A stretch of DNA of 63,777 nt, the filler included, from Sandaracinaceae bacterium (GTDB lineage: Bacteria > Myxococcota_A > Polyangia > Polyangiales > JADJQN01), in NCBI GenBank assembly GCA_947483975.1. It is 18 parts of 18 records of this genome, joined end to end, with 100 filler letters (N's around TTAATTAATTAA, not from the genome) between each part and the next. Parts side by side here need not be neighbours in the genome. Positions count along the whole stretch, not along the records: positions 18,244 to 21,757 come from CANKOL010000479.1; positions 21,858 to 25,364 come from CANKOL010000480.1; positions 25,465 to 28,957 come from CANKOL010000481.1; positions 29,058 to 32,549 come from CANKOL010000482.1; 14 more parts are not named here. One strand, written 5' to 3'. Each line of letters starts with the position of its first letter. Within the stretch, counting starts at the first letter, position 1. The notes beneath the pieces are model-generated. The model searched no databases and was not told the DNA's origin. It worked only from the letters and a program-made list of their open reading frames with translations. Positions 19,993-32,649 of this stretch are shown here, in pieces. The position numbers and the translations under genes are program-made.

Positions 19993-21757
19993 ATGGACGC
20001 GCCCCCAGGTATACTCCGCGCTCGCGCCAGCACTCCGGCGTGCCGCTGTACCTCCAAAGAACCGTCAGACTCTCGCAGCGCCGCCGCCGCGGACTCCAAC
20101 TCCATGGTCATCCCTCCCATCCCGAGTCCCCCCGAGTCGCCAGAGGTTCCCATCGACGTGGTCGGCGAAGCGCCGCCTCCCCTGCCGGAGGAGCGCCCGC
20201 ACCGCGACCCCATCGAGGCACGGATCGCCGCGCTGCGCGCCGAGCAAGAGGCGGTCGCGGACCGCTCGCGCCAGGCGGTCCTGCAGCACGAGATCGGCCA
20301 CCTCTACGAGCGCAGCGTCGGCAACGACGCGCTCGCGGTGAAGGAGTACCTCTCGGCGTACAACCTCGAGCTGGCGTTTCGCCCGCCGCTGTTCGCGCTG
20401 ACGCGGATCTTCGAGCGTCGGCGGACGTTCCGCAGCCTGGGCAGGCTCTACGAGGCCGAGGCGAACGCGGCGACGAACGCGGTCGAGAAGGCGTCGGCGG
20501 TGCTCGATCGCGCGGTGCTCCTCGAGGACCACGTCGCCGAGCCGCAGCTCGTGCGGGCGCTGCTCGAGGAGGCGCTCGAGGGCGACCCCTCGAACCTCGC
20601 CGCGTCGCTCTCGCTCGAGCGGCACCTCTACGGGCTCGGTGACAAGGCCGCCGCGGTGGCGCTCGTCGCGGCGCGCGCCGCTCACGTCGGGGACCCTGTG
20701 CTGCGCAGCGTGCTCCTCGCGGAGGCTGCCTGGGCGCGTGAGGGCGAGGGCGACGTCGACGGCGCGCTCGCGCTGCTCCGCGAGGCTGCTGCGCTCTCCG
20801 CTGGCCGCTGGCGCGCGCTCGAGCACTTCGAGCGGCTCGCACGCAAGCACGGGCGCACGCTCGAGCTGGTCGAGGCGCTCGAGGGGCGCGCGGTGCTCGC
20901 GAGCGCGATCGCTCGGGGCGAGGATCAGGGCCAGGGCTCGGGGATGTTCTCCGTCAAGCGCTTCGCCGACGAGGAGCGCGCGAGCGCCGAGTCTGCTGCG
21001 CTCTGGCGCGACGCGGCGCGGCTGCGCGCGGTGACCCTCGACGATCCGGGCGGCGCGGTGCTCGCCTATGCCCAGGCGCTCGCGATTCGCCCGAACGATC
21101 TGCTGCTCCACCAAGAGCGGATGCTCGCGTGCGGGCTCGCGGGGGACCTCGAGGGCGCGGCCGCCGAGGCGGAGGCGCTGATCGCGGCTGGCGTCGATGG
21201 ACGGCACGCCACGGGGCTGCACTTCCGCATCGCGGAGCTCGCGCTCGGCAAGGGCGAGCGGGACGGCGCGCGCGCGGCCCTCGCGCAGGCGCTCGTGGCG
21301 GACCCGCAGTCGGCGGCCGCGGCCGCGATGCTCGAGGACCTCGCGGCCGACGACGGACTCCACGCCGAGCGCGTGCAGCGCCTCGAGGCGCTCGCGCTCG
21401 ACGCGTCCGCTGTGCCTGCCGAGCGGGCGATGGCGGCCTTCCGCGCAGCGCAGATCGCCGCCGACGAGCTCAGCGATGCGCTCCGTGCCCGCGCGCTCTA
21501 CGCGCTCGCCGCGTCGCTCACGGGGGATGCGCACGCGGTCCTGCGTGAGGCTCACGGCGCCTCGCTGCGGCTCGGGGATGCGGATGGCGCGCTCGAGGCT
21601 GGCGCTGCGCTGCTCGCGCTGTCGCTCGAGGACGACGAGCGCTCCGCGGTGCTCCGCGAGCGGCTCGGTTTGCTGCGCGACGCCGGCGACGAGGCGCAGG
21701 CCGACGCGCTGCTCGCCGCGGCCGTCGCGGACGGCTCTGCCGCGAGCTGGGCCCTCG
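19993..21757 (+). CDS. TPR-like helical repeat protein, 3' partial (start uncertain)
   Basis: Ala/Leu-rich helical repeats (AYAQALAIRP, ALAQALVADPQS). Confidence 0.75.
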
Positions 21758-21857
21758 NNNNNNNNNNNNNNNNNNNNNNNNNNNNNNNNNNNNNNNNNNN
21801 NTTAATTAATTAANNNNNNNNNNNNNNNNNNNNNNNNNNNNNNNNNNNNNNNNNNNN

Positions 21858-23170
21858 AGGTGCTTGCCCAGCGGGACCTCGCCGCTGCCGACGGGCACCT
21901 CCGCCATCGAGAGCACGTAGGCGCCCGGCGCGAGGTCGGGCGCGGGGCGCGCGCGCACGCCGGGGAGCACGACGCCTAGCTCGACGAAGAGCGTGTCGCG
22001 GAGCAGCGGAAGCTCGCGCTCGAGCAGCGGCCCGCCGCCCTTCGGATCGATCGCCTCGTCCGCGAGCCCAGGCCCGAGCTCGATCGACACCGGCACGACG
22101 AGCGGCACCATCCCCTGCCGCGCCTTGGTCTCGCGCGCGGTCTCCTTCTCGACGACGAGCGCCTCGCGCTGCGGCGCGGACGCCTCCCGCGAGCGCGCGA
22201 GCCGGAACGCCCCGACGCCGAGCGCCGTCGCGATGACGAGGAACGGCGCCGCCGGCAGCCCCGGCACGACGGCGAGCCCGATCAGGAAGATCGCCGCGAT
22301 CCCCATCGCGCGCGGGCTGCCGAAGATCTGCCCGCCGATCTCCGCGCCGAGCGAGGTGCCCTCGTCCTCGGAGGCGACGCGCGTGACGACGAGCCCCGCC
22401 GCCGTCGAGATCAGCAGCGCAGGGATCTGCGAGACGAGCCCGTCGCCGATGGTCAGGAGCCCGTACGTCTTGAGCGCCTGCACCGCGCTGAGATCGCGCT
22501 GCAGCACGCCGATGGCCAAGCCGCCGACGATGTTGACCGCCGTGATGACGATGCCCGCGATGGCGTCGCCCTTCACGAACTTCATCGCGCCGTCCATCGA
22601 GCCGTAGAACTGCGCCTCGCGCTGGATCTGTTTGCGCTTCTTGCGCGCGTCGTCTTGCGAGATGGCGCCCGTGCGGAGATCCGCGTCGATGCTCATCTGC
22701 TTGCCAGGCATGGCGTCGAGCGTGAAGCGCGCGCCCACCTCCGCGACGCGCTCGCTGCCCTTCGCGATGACGAGGAACTGAATCAGCGTCAGCACGAGGA
22801 AGACGATCGCGCCGACGACGTAGTTGCCGCGCACGACGAAGCCGCCGAACGCGCGGATGACGTCGCCCGCGTCGGCTTGCAGGAGCACCAGGCGCGTCGA
22901 GGAGACGTTGAGCGCGAGCCTGTACAGCGTCGTGACGAGGAGCACCGTCGGGAACGACGCGAACGAGATCGCGTCGGGCACGTACATCGACACGAGCAGC
23001 ATCAAGACGCCGATGGAGATGTTCGCCGCGATGAGCACGTCGAGCACGTGCGTCGGGAGCGGGATGATCATCATCCCGACGATCAGCACGACGAGGAACG
23101 CGAGCCCTACGTCGCCGTACCGCTGCACCGCGCTCAAGTCGCTGCGGGGCCCTCGCGTGGGTGTCGCCAT
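21858..23170 (-). CDS. sctV: Type III secretion export gate of the SctV/FlhA family (SctV-like), 3' partial
   Basis: FPTVLLVTTLYRLALNVSSTR, AKGSERVAEVGARFTLDAMPGKQMSIDADL, FYGSMDGAMKFVKGDA, TIGDGLVSQIPAL. Confidence 0.85.
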
Positions 23171-23241
23171 CGGGGGGCGACTCTATCAGAGGCGCCGCAG
23201 CCGGTAACGACTCGCCGCGGGCGCGCGTCGTAGTCGCCACG

Positions 23242-23952
23242 ATGCCCTCCGCACAGCGTCCGCTCGCCGCCGTGGCCTCAACCTTGGTCACCGTGTTCGC
23301 GCTCGTCACCGCGCTCGCGCTCGCCGCTGGAGGCTGCGACACGGCGTCCCCCGCGTCTGCCGAGCCGCACCGCCCGCCGACGCCCGTGAGCGCGAACCTC
23401 GTCGGACCGCCGCGCGCGGGGCTCGCGGTGGCGACGTTCGCGGGAGGCTGCTTCTGGTGCATGGAGGCGGCGTTCGATGACGTCCCGGGCGTCACGGAGG
23501 CGATCTCCGGCTACACCGGCGGCAACGAGGTGGACCCGACCTACGAGCAGGTCTCGTCGGGCGAGACCGGGCACGCGGAGTCCGTGCGCGTCGTCTACGA
23601 CCCGCATCGCCTCACCTACGAGCAGCTGCTCGACGTCTACTGGCACAACGTCGATCCGACGACCGTCGATCAGTCCTTCGTCGACGAGGGGCACCAGTAC
23701 CGGAGCGTGATCTTCGTGCACTCGCCCGCGCAGCGCGCGGCGGCCGAGGCGAGCAAGCGGGCGCTGACGGCGACCAACCGCTTCGGCGCGCCCATCGTGA
23801 CGACGATCGAGAGCGCGGGGCCGTTCTACCGGGCCGAGGGCTACCACCAGAACTACTGCGACACGACGCCTGCGCGCTACGAGCAGTATCACCGGGCGTC
23901 GGGGCGGGACGCGTACCTCGGGCGGATCTGGGGCGCGACGCCGCCGCGCTGA
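23242..23952 (+). CDS. msrA: Peptide methionine sulfoxide reductase MsrA with an N-terminal signal/lipoprotein peptide
   Basis: FAGGCFWC, SGYTGG, PTYEQV...TGHAE, FYRAEGYHQNY; hydrophobic N-terminus ending LAAGG-C. Confidence 0.93.
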   Translation: MPSAQRPLAAVASTLVTVFALVTALALAAGGCDTASPASAEPHRPPTPVSANLVGPPRAGLAVATFAGGCFWCMEAAFDDVPGVTEAISGYTGGNEVDPTYEQVSSGETGHAESVRVVYDPHRLTYEQLLDVYWHNVDPTTVDQSFVDEGHQYRSVIFVHSPAQRAAAEASKRALTATNRFGAPIVTTIESAGPFYRAEGYHQNYCDTTPARYEQYHRASGRDAYLGRIWGATPPR

Positions 23953-24029
23953 GGGACGCGGGCGGCGTGACGGTCCGTGGTACACGACCGTACCCGACGA
24001 ACGCGATTCCAGTACACTCGCTCACAATC

Positions 24030-25364
24030 GTGGCGAGATCACAGACTCCAGAGCTCGGCACCACCGTGGCCGGAAAGTACCTGCTCGAGTCCGTGCTCGG
24101 GCAGGGGGGCATGGGCGCCGTCTACCGGGCGCGGCATCTGCTCACCGGGCGCAAGGTCGCGCTGAAGTGGATGTTCCCCGATCTCGAGGGCGGCGTCGCG
24201 AGCGTGCAGCGCTTTCTCCGGGAGGCGCGCGCGATGGGGCTCATCGAGCACCCGAGCGTGATCGGCGTCTACGACGTCGGGCTCGATGGCGAGGCGGCGT
24301 TCCTCGTCATGGAATTGCTGCGTGGCACGTCGCTGCGCGAGCACATGCAAGAGGGGCGCGGGCTGCCGCCGGAGCAGGCGATCGCGCTGCTGATGCCGGC
24401 GCTCGAGGGGGTCGCCGCGGCGCACCTCGCCGGCGTCGTGCACCGTGATCTGAAGCCCGAGAACCTGTTCGTGCTCGCGGGTGAGGATGGGCAGCCTGCG
24501 GGCACGAAGGTGCTCGATTTTGGAATTTCGAAGCTCGGCGAAGACCCGACAGGGCCCGCCGCAGGGCTCGGCGCGGGGTCGCTGACGCGCACGGGCGCCG
24601 TCGTCGGGACGCCCTCGTACATGGCGCCGGAGCAGATCCGCGGCAGCAAGGATCTCGACGGGCGCACGGACCTCTGGGCGCTCGGGGCCATCTTGTACGA
24701 GCTGCTCTCGGGGGAGCTTCCGTTCGAGGCGATGTCGTTCGGCGGGCTGATGGTGATGATCGCCACGGAAGCGCCGGTGCGCCTCGAGGCGCGCGTGCCG
24801 ACGCTGCCGCAGGGGCTCGCCGACGCCGTGCATCGGGCCCTCGACAAGTCCCTCGACACGCGCTGGCAGGACATCGAGAGCCTCGCGCGGGCGCTCGAGC
24901 CGTTCGCGCCCGGCGTCCGCTATCGCGCGCCTCGCCCGACCTCGGTTCAGCCGCCTCCGCCCGATGGCAGCTCGTCGTCGGCGCGGTTTCCGCTACCGGG
25001 CCTGACGCCGTCCCCCGCCGCGCGGAGCTCGGGAGACTCGCGCCTCGCGACGGCGCCCGCCCCGAGGCACGTCGACCCGCCCGCGAGCACCGGGGACGCG
25101 GTCCGCCCCGTGAACTCAATCAGCGCCGCCGAGTCGGATCATGCGACCGCCGGGAACGCGAGCACGCGCCCCTATCCGCTGCCTCGCACCGAAGCCGAGC
25201 TTGCGCCGGCCGAAGCCCCGCGCGCGGACGCACCGAAGGCGCGGGACCTTCGCCCGATGTGGGGCGCGGCGCTGGTCGTGCTCGCGCTCGCGGGCGCGCT
25301 CGGGGTGTTCGCGACGTCGCGAGGGCGCGCGACGATCGCGCCGGAAGCTCGCGTGACGGCGCTG
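24030..25364 (+). CDS. Hanks-type Ser/Thr protein kinase with TM, 3' partial
   Basis: GQGGMGAVY, VALK, HRDLKPEN, DFG, GTPSYMAPE. Confidence 0.93.
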
Positions 25365-25464
25365 NNNNNNNNNNNNNNNNNNNNNNNNNNNNNNNNNNNN
25401 NNNNNNNNTTAATTAATTAANNNNNNNNNNNNNNNNNNNNNNNNNNNNNNNNNNNNNNNNNNNN

Positions 25465-26955
25465 AAGGGAGAGCGGCGCGTCGCCATCGTCGGCGCCGGG
25501 CTCGCCGGCCTGGTCTGCGCCGAGCAGCTCGCGCGCCGCGGCATCGCCAGCCGCCTCTACGAGGCGCACCCGACGCGCGTCGGCGGCCGCGTGCTGAGCG
25601 ACCGCGCGACGTTCCCGGGCCAGGTCGCCGAGTGCGGCGGCGAGCTCATCGACACCCTCCACACGACGATGCTCGCCTACGCCAGGGACTTCGGCCTCGC
25701 GCGCGAGGACCTGGAGCGCGCCCCCGGGGCGTCGCGCTACCACTTCTTCGGGCGCCACTGGACCGAGGACGAGGTCGTCGCCGAGTACCGCGCGCTCGTG
25801 CCGCGCATGCGCGCCGACCTGCAGTCGCTCTCGGGCGGCCCGACCTATTTCTCGCACACGGCCGCCGACGCGCTGCTCGATGCGACCGACCTCGACACGT
25901 ACCTGCACACGCGCGCCGCCGACCTGCCCCTCATCCGCGCGGTGCTCTCGCAGGCCTATGTCGCGGAGTACGGCCTCGAGGCGAGCGAGCAGAGCTGCCT
26001 CAATTTCTTGCAGTTCATCCACCTCGATCTGCGACGCCACTTCGCCGAGTTCGGTGTGTTCAGCGACGAGCGCTACCACCTCGTCGGCGGCAACGACGCG
26101 CTCGCCAGCGCGCTCGCGGCGCGCGTGCGCGGCGCGGGCTGCGCGATCGAGAACGGCGCGCGGCTGACGCGGCTCGCGCGCAACGCCTCGGGCGCCTTCG
26201 AGCTCTACTTCAACGGAGGCGCCACGCCCGAGATCGCCGACACCGTCGTCGTGTCGATCCCCTTCAGCGTGCTGCGCGGCGTCACGCTCGACGCCTCGCT
26301 CGGCCTGTCGCCCGAGAAGCGCAACGCCATCGCGACGTTGGGCTACGGCAACAACGTCAAGACGATGGTGCGCTTCGACCGGCGCGTGTGGGCCGACCTC
26401 GGCGGCAACGGCCTGGCCTACGCCGATCTCGCCAACGTGCAGAACACCTGGGAGACGAACTACCACGCGGCCTCGCGCGGCCCCGGCGGCATCCTCACCG
26501 ACTTCGGCGGCGGCGCGCGCGGCGTCGCGCTCCAGAGCAACCCGTCGGGCAACTTCGGCTGCGGCGGCTGCCACAGCGGGTCGCCCTCCAGCGGCGTGCT
26601 CAGCCCCGTGGGCGCCGCCTGGATCGACGACCAGGCCGAGGCGTTCGTGCGCGACCTCGACGCCGTCTTCCCCGGCGCCGCCGCGGCGGCGTCGCGCCGC
26701 CCTGACGGCACGCTCGTCGAGCGCCGCGGGCACTGGACGCCGCAGAGCTACAGCCGCGGATCGTACACGGCGTACAAGCCCGGCCAGTTCACGACGATCG
26801 CGGGCCTCGAGGCGCAGGCAGCGGGCGCGCTGAAGTTCGCCGGCGAGCACACCGACTCCTTCTACGCGTCGCAGGGCTTCATGGAAGGGGCGTGCAACTC
26901 GGGCGTCCGCGCCGCCAACGAGATCCTCGACGACGTGCGCGCCGGGAGGCTCTGA
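25465..26955 (+). CDS. Flavin-containing (mono)amine oxidase family protein, 5' partial
   Basis: [15 protein letters not shown]...[20 protein letters not shown]...QGFMEGA. Confidence 0.9.
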   Translation, partial: KGERRVAIVGAGLAGLVCAEQLARRGIASRLYEAHPTRVGGRVLSDRATFPGQVAECGGELIDTLHTTMLAYARDFGLAREDLERAPGASRYHFFGRHWTEDEVVAEYRALVPRMRADLQSLSGGPTYFSHTAADALLDATDLDTYLHTRAADLPLIRAVLSQAYVAEYGLEASEQSCLNFLQFIHLDLRRHFAEFGVFSDERYHLVGGNDALASALAARVRGAGCAIENGARLTRLARNASGAFELYFNGGATPEIADTVVVSIPFSVLRGVTLDASLGLSPEKRNAIATLGYGNNVKTMVRFDRRVWADLGGNGLAYADLANVQNTWETNYHAASRGPGGILTDFGGGARGVALQSNPSGNFGCGGCHSGSPSSGVLSPVGAAWIDDQAEAFVRDLDAVFPGAAAAASRRPDGTLVERRGHWTPQSYSRGSYTAYKPGQFTTIAGLEAQAAGALKFAGEHTDSFYASQGFMEGACNSGVRAANEILDDVRAGRL

Positions 26956-27049
26956 GCGAGCGCCGGGCGCCGCCGGGCCGCGGCGGGCTGTGCCACGCGG
27001 CGCGTGTTACGACTCTCCGAGGCGCGCGTCGCGTCGCAGGAGGACCTCG

Positions 27050-27833
27050 ATGAGCCAGCTTTCGGAGGACGAGATCCGCGCGGCCGTGCGCGAGGTGTAC
27101 GCGCAGGTCGCGAGGGCCGGCGGTAGCTGCTCGCCGGGTTGCTGCACGCCGAGCCCGGTCGCGAGCCTCGCGCTCGGCTACTCGGCCGAGGAGGTCGCGG
27201 CGGTCCCCGAGGGCGCCGACCTCGGGCTCGGCTGCGGAAATCCCCAGGCGATCGCGGCGCTGCGACCGGGCGAGACGGTGCTCGACCTCGGCAGCGGCGG
27301 AGGGTTCGACTGCTTCCTCGCCGCCCGCCAGGTCGGCCCGTCCGGGCGCGTCATCGGCGTGGACATGACGCCCGACATGGTGAGCAAGGCGCGCGCGAAC
27401 GCCGCGAAGATGGCGGCGGCGACCGTCGAGTTTCGCCTCGGCGAGATCGAGCACCTGCCCGTCGGCGACGCGACCGTCGACGTCATCCTCTCGAACTGCG
27501 TCATCAACCTCTCGCCCGACAAGGGCGCGGTGTTCCGCGACGCGCTGCGCGTGCTCAAGCCGGGCGGGCGCCTCGCCATCTCCGACGTGGTCACCACCGC
27601 CCCCGTCCCCGACGCGCTGATGGACACGATGGCCGCGCTGACAGGCTGCGTGTCGGGCGCCGCGAGCGTCGAGACGCTGCGCGCGCTGCTGCGCGTCGCG
27701 GGGTTCGAGGACGTCCGCATCGAGCCCAAGCCCGAGAGCGCGGCGTTCATCCGCGAGTGGATGCCGGGCTCCGGCGCCGAGAAGTACGTCGCCTCCGCGA
27801 CGATCGAGGCGCGCAAGCCAGGCGGCGACGCGC

Positions 27834-27853
<20 letters not shown>
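27050..27853 (+). CDS. arsM: Arsenite S-adenosylmethionine methyltransferase (267 aa)
   Basis: N-terminal [47 protein letters not shown]. Confidence 0.88.
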
Positions 27854-28904
<1,051 letters not shown>

Positions 28905-29057
28905 CGCGTCGCGGAGCGTAAGGGGCAAAGGGGGCGAGCGGGGCACCCGCGAGCCCGNNNNNNNNNNNNNNNNNNNNNNNNNNNNNNNNNNNNNNNNNNN
29001 NTTAATTAATTAANNNNNNNNNNNNNNNNNNNNNNNNNNNNNNNNNNNNNNNNNNNN

Positions 29058-29791
29058 CCATCATCGAAGGAGTCGACGTGCGCCCCGCCAGCCCCGCCAG
29101 CGGCGCCCGTCCCGTTGAGCGCGGCTCCACCGCCGCCCGTGCCTCCGCCCGGCCCCGGGCGCCCTTGGTCCGCCGAGACGTCGATCGTCCCCTCGACGTC
29201 GATGTCTCCCGACGCGAGCACGACGAGCGGATGCGCGCCCGCCGGCATCAGCGTCCCGCCGGTGCGCACGCGCAGGTTCCTGACGATCAGCACGCAGAGC
29301 GACGGCCCGCCCGCCTGCGCGACGAGGTGCGTCGCGACGCCCTCGACCTCGCAGGTATCGGCGTTCAGGAGCATCACCTCACCCGCGCCGACGTCGAGGT
29401 CTGCCGTGCCGATCGCGAAGGAATCCGCCGACACATTCGACGGCACGAACTGCGCGCAGCGCGTCGCGGCGCCCATGGCGCAGCCGAGCGGACAAGCCGT
29501 GCGCTGCTCCCGCCCGCCGACGCACTCGATCAGCTCGCCCTCGACGCAGCGCGTCGCGCCGCTGCACGGCGGGCCGCCCAGATCGACCTCGACGACGGGC
29601 CCGAGATCCTGCGAGCCGAGGTCCCGCGCGCCGAGGTCCACGTGGATGACCGGCCCCGCGTCGGGAGACTCCATCGCGGGCGGCAAGCTGCCGACATCCG
29701 AGTGGACGATCGCGCTGCAGGCCGCGAGGGGAAACAGCGCGAGGAGCGAGAGAGAGATCCGCGAGAAAGCGACGGCGAAGCGGAAAGACAT
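29058..29791 (-). CDS. Hypothetical lipoprotein with a Gly-rich region, 3' partial
   Basis: AAGGAGA RBS; lipobox LAA-C; Cys module followed by GPGGGTGG. Confidence 0.75.
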
Positions 29792-29881
29792 GAAATTCTC
29801 CTTCGCACACCAGCGAGTAGCCACCGCCAGGGTAGCAGACACGAGCCGCGGGCGGCGCGCGCTCGGCTATGCTCGGCCGCC

Positions 29882-31702
29882 ATGAAGCTCCTCGTGCTCA
29901 ACACCGGCTCCACGTCCGTCAAGTACCAGCTCTACGAGATGGACACCGAGACGCGCCTCGCCGTCGGGCGGATCGAGCGCGTCGGCTCAGCGGAGTCGTT
30001 GCTCGTGTACGAGGGGCCCGACGGCGCGAGCGTGAAGGAGCCGTGCGCCGCGCCCGACGCGCGCGCTGCGATCGGGCAAATCCTCGCGCTGCTGCTGCGC
30101 GAGGGCGGACCCGTCGCGCGCCTCGAGGAGATCGAGGCCGTCGGACACCGCGTCGTGCACGGCGGCGAGCGCCTCGTCCGCCCCGTCGTGGTCGACGACG
30201 AGGTGCGCCGCATCATCGCCGAGTGCGCCGAGTACGCGCCGCTGCACAACCCGCCCGCGCTCGTCGGGCTCGACGCGGCGACCGCGGCGCTGCCCGGGGT
30301 CCCGCAGGTCGCAGTGTTCGACACCGCGTTTCACGCGGAGCTGCCCGCGCACGCGTACTCCTACGCGCTGCCGCACGCGCTCTACCTCGAGCGCGGCGTG
30401 CGTCGCTATGGCTTTCACGGGCCGAGCCATCAGTTCATGTCGCTCGCCGCCGCGGCGCACCTCGGGACCGACGTCGCGCGCCTGCGGCTGATCACCTGTC
30501 ATCTCGGCGGCGGCGCGAGCATCTCCGCCATCGAGGGCGGGCACTCGGTCGACACCTCGATGGGCATGACGCCGCTCGAGGGGCTCGTGATGGGCACGCG
30601 CGCGGGCGACCTCGACCCCGCGATCCTGCTGATGCTGCTGCGCCGCGGCATGAGCCCCGAGGAGCTCGACACGATGCTCAACAAGCGCTCCGGGCTCGCG
30701 GGGCTGAGCGGCATCGCGAGCGGCGACTACCGCGACATCGAGCGCGCGGCGAACGGCGGCGAGGTGCACGCGCGCCTCGCGATCGACGTGTTCACGCACC
30801 GCCTCCGCAAGTACATCGGCGCCTACGCGGCGGTGCTCGGCGGCGCGGACGCGCTCGTCTTCACGGGCGGCATCGGCGAGAACAGCGCGAGCCTCCGCGC
30901 GGCGGTCTGCGAGGGCCTGCTCTACATGGGCGTCTCGCTCGACGCGGCGCTCAACGCGAGCGCGGCGCCCGGCAAACACGGGGGCATCGTCGACGTCAGC
31001 GCAGAGCGCGCGCCGACCCGCGTCCTCGTCGTCGCGACGGAAGAGGAGCGCATGATCGCGCGCGAGGTCGTGCGCTGCCTGCGCGGGCCGACCGCGGCGG
31101 TGCGCAGCATCCAAGCCAAGCCGATCCCCGTCGGCGTCAGCGTGCGGCACGTGCACCTCTCGCGCGCGCACTGCGATCAGCTCTTCGGCCCGGGCTACGA
31201 GCTCAGCAAGCGGCGCGACATCTCGCAGAAGGGGCAGTTCGTCACGCGCGAGACGGTCGATCTGATCGGGCCCAAGGGCGAGCTGCGCGGCGTCGGGATC
31301 ATCAACCCGCTGCGTGAGGCGACGCAGGTCGAGGTCTCGAAGACCGACGCGTTCGCGCTCGGCGTCAACCCGCCGCTGCGCGACAGCGGGCAGCTCGAGG
31401 GCTCGAGCGGGCTGCGCCTGCGCGGGCCTGCGGGCGAGGTCGTGCTCGAGACGGGGCTGATCCTCGCGCTGCGGCACGTGCACATGAGCCCGCACGACGC
31501 AGAGACCTTCGGCGTCGGCGACAGGGACGTGATCAACGTGCGCATCGAGGGCGACCGCGAGATGACGATGGGCGACGTGCTCGTGCGCGTGCGCGCGGAC
31601 TTCGTGCTCGACCTGCACCTCGACACCGACGAGGCGAACGCCGCCGGGCTCAACAACGACAGCGTCGTCGCCTTCGACAGCGTGCAGCAGCGGCGCGCGT
31701 AG
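29882..31702 (+). CDS. ackA: Acetate/propionate kinase fused to a PduL-type phosphotransacylase (606 aa)
   Basis: AckA motifs VLNTGSTSVKY, GHRVVHGG, APLHN, FDTAFH, RYGFHG, SMGMTPLEG, FTGGIGEN; from about 31118 PduL motifs VSVRHVHL, SQKGQF, TQVEVSKTD, RHVHM, HLDTDEANA. Confidence 0.92.
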   Translation: MKLLVLNTGSTSVKYQLYEMDTETRLAVGRIERVGSAESLLVYEGPDGASVKEPCAAPDARAAIGQILALLLREGGPVARLEEIEAVGHRVVHGGERLVRPVVVDDEVRRIIAECAEYAPLHNPPALVGLDAATAALPGVPQVAVFDTAFHAELPAHAYSYALPHALYLERGVRRYGFHGPSHQFMSLAAAAHLGTDVARLRLITCHLGGGASISAIEGGHSVDTSMGMTPLEGLVMGTRAGDLDPAILLMLLRRGMSPEELDTMLNKRSGLAGLSGIASGDYRDIERAANGGEVHARLAIDVFTHRLRKYIGAYAAVLGGADALVFTGGIGENSASLRAAVCEGLLYMGVSLDAALNASAAPGKHGGIVDVSAERAPTRVLVVATEEERMIAREVVRCLRGPTAAVRSIQAKPIPVGVSVRHVHLSRAHCDQLFGPGYELSKRRDISQKGQFVTRETVDLIGPKGELRGVGIINPLREATQVEVSKTDAFALGVNPPLRDSGQLEGSSGLRLRGPAGEVVLETGLILALRHVHMSPHDAETFGVGDRDVINVRIEGDREMTMGDVLVRVRADFVLDLHLDTDEANAAGLNNDSVVAFDSVQQRRA

Positions 31703-31750
31703 GCGCTGCGGCGACGAGGCGCGGCCCAGCCATGACGCGGTTGGCGCCCT

Positions 31751-32549
31751 TCAGTAGACCGCGAGGCCGACCATGCCCTCGCCCGTGATGACGCCGCCGC
31801 GCGCCTCGTTCACGTACGTCGCGCCGCCGCGCAGCGTCAGCGCGAGGCGCGTCGTCAGCTCGAGCTGCACGAGCCCGCCGCCGCCCACCGAGAGCGCCCA
31901 GCGCTCGTCACGCTGGGTCGGCGACGCCGTGCCGACGCGCCCGAACGCTCCGAGATGGACCGGCCCGAGCGCGAGCGGCAGCGCCTGTAGCTCGCCGCCG
32001 AACTGCGCGTTGACGAGCGTGTTGCCGTCGCGATCGCCGAGCCCGAGCAGCGTGTCGAAGAGCAAGCCGAGCTGCTGAAGCGGGAAGAAACCCAGCTGGA
32101 CGTGGGCGGCGAATGCCGTGCCCATCAGCCCGCGCCGCCCGCGGAGCGACGCGACGCCGCCCTCCATGCCGTAGACGAAGCCGACGCGATTCAGCGGCGC
32201 GCGGCCGAGCGTCACGAAGGGCCCCTCGTCCTCGGAGACGAGCAGCTCCGTCGCCGCCGCCGCAGTCTGCGCGTCGAGCAGCGCGAGCGGCACCCACGAG
32301 GTGCTCCCGTCCGACGCGAGCACGTGCACCGGATGCATCGGATTCAGCCGCGCCCAGCCGTCGTAGCGCGCGCCCTCCGTGCCGGCGAGCACGAGCGCGA
32401 CGACCGCGCTCAGCGCGACGACGACGACGACGACGACCGCCGTACCATCGCCTCCGCCACCGCTGCCACCGCTGCCGCCGCCCGTCCCGCCACCACCGCT
32501 CGGGTTCGGCGCGGTGCCGCCGGGCGCGGGCGTCACGCCGACGGTCCCC
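31751..32549 (-). CDS. Hypothetical protein with a C-terminal outer-membrane beta-barrel-like domain, 5' partial
   Basis: Alternating amphipathic strands ending in an aromatic residue (GLAVY). Confidence 0.6.
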
Positions 32550-32649
32550 NNNNNNNNNNNNNNNNNNNNNNNNNNNNNNNNNNNNNNNNNNNNTTAATTA
32601 ATTAANNNNNNNNNNNNNNNNNNNNNNNNNNNNNNNNNNNNNNNNNNNN

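Noticed and set aside
29078..29881. N-terminal extension of the 874-aa ackA ORF
   Set aside because: Antisense to the minus-strand lipoprotein gene; AckA begins at ATG 29882 (MKLLVLN).
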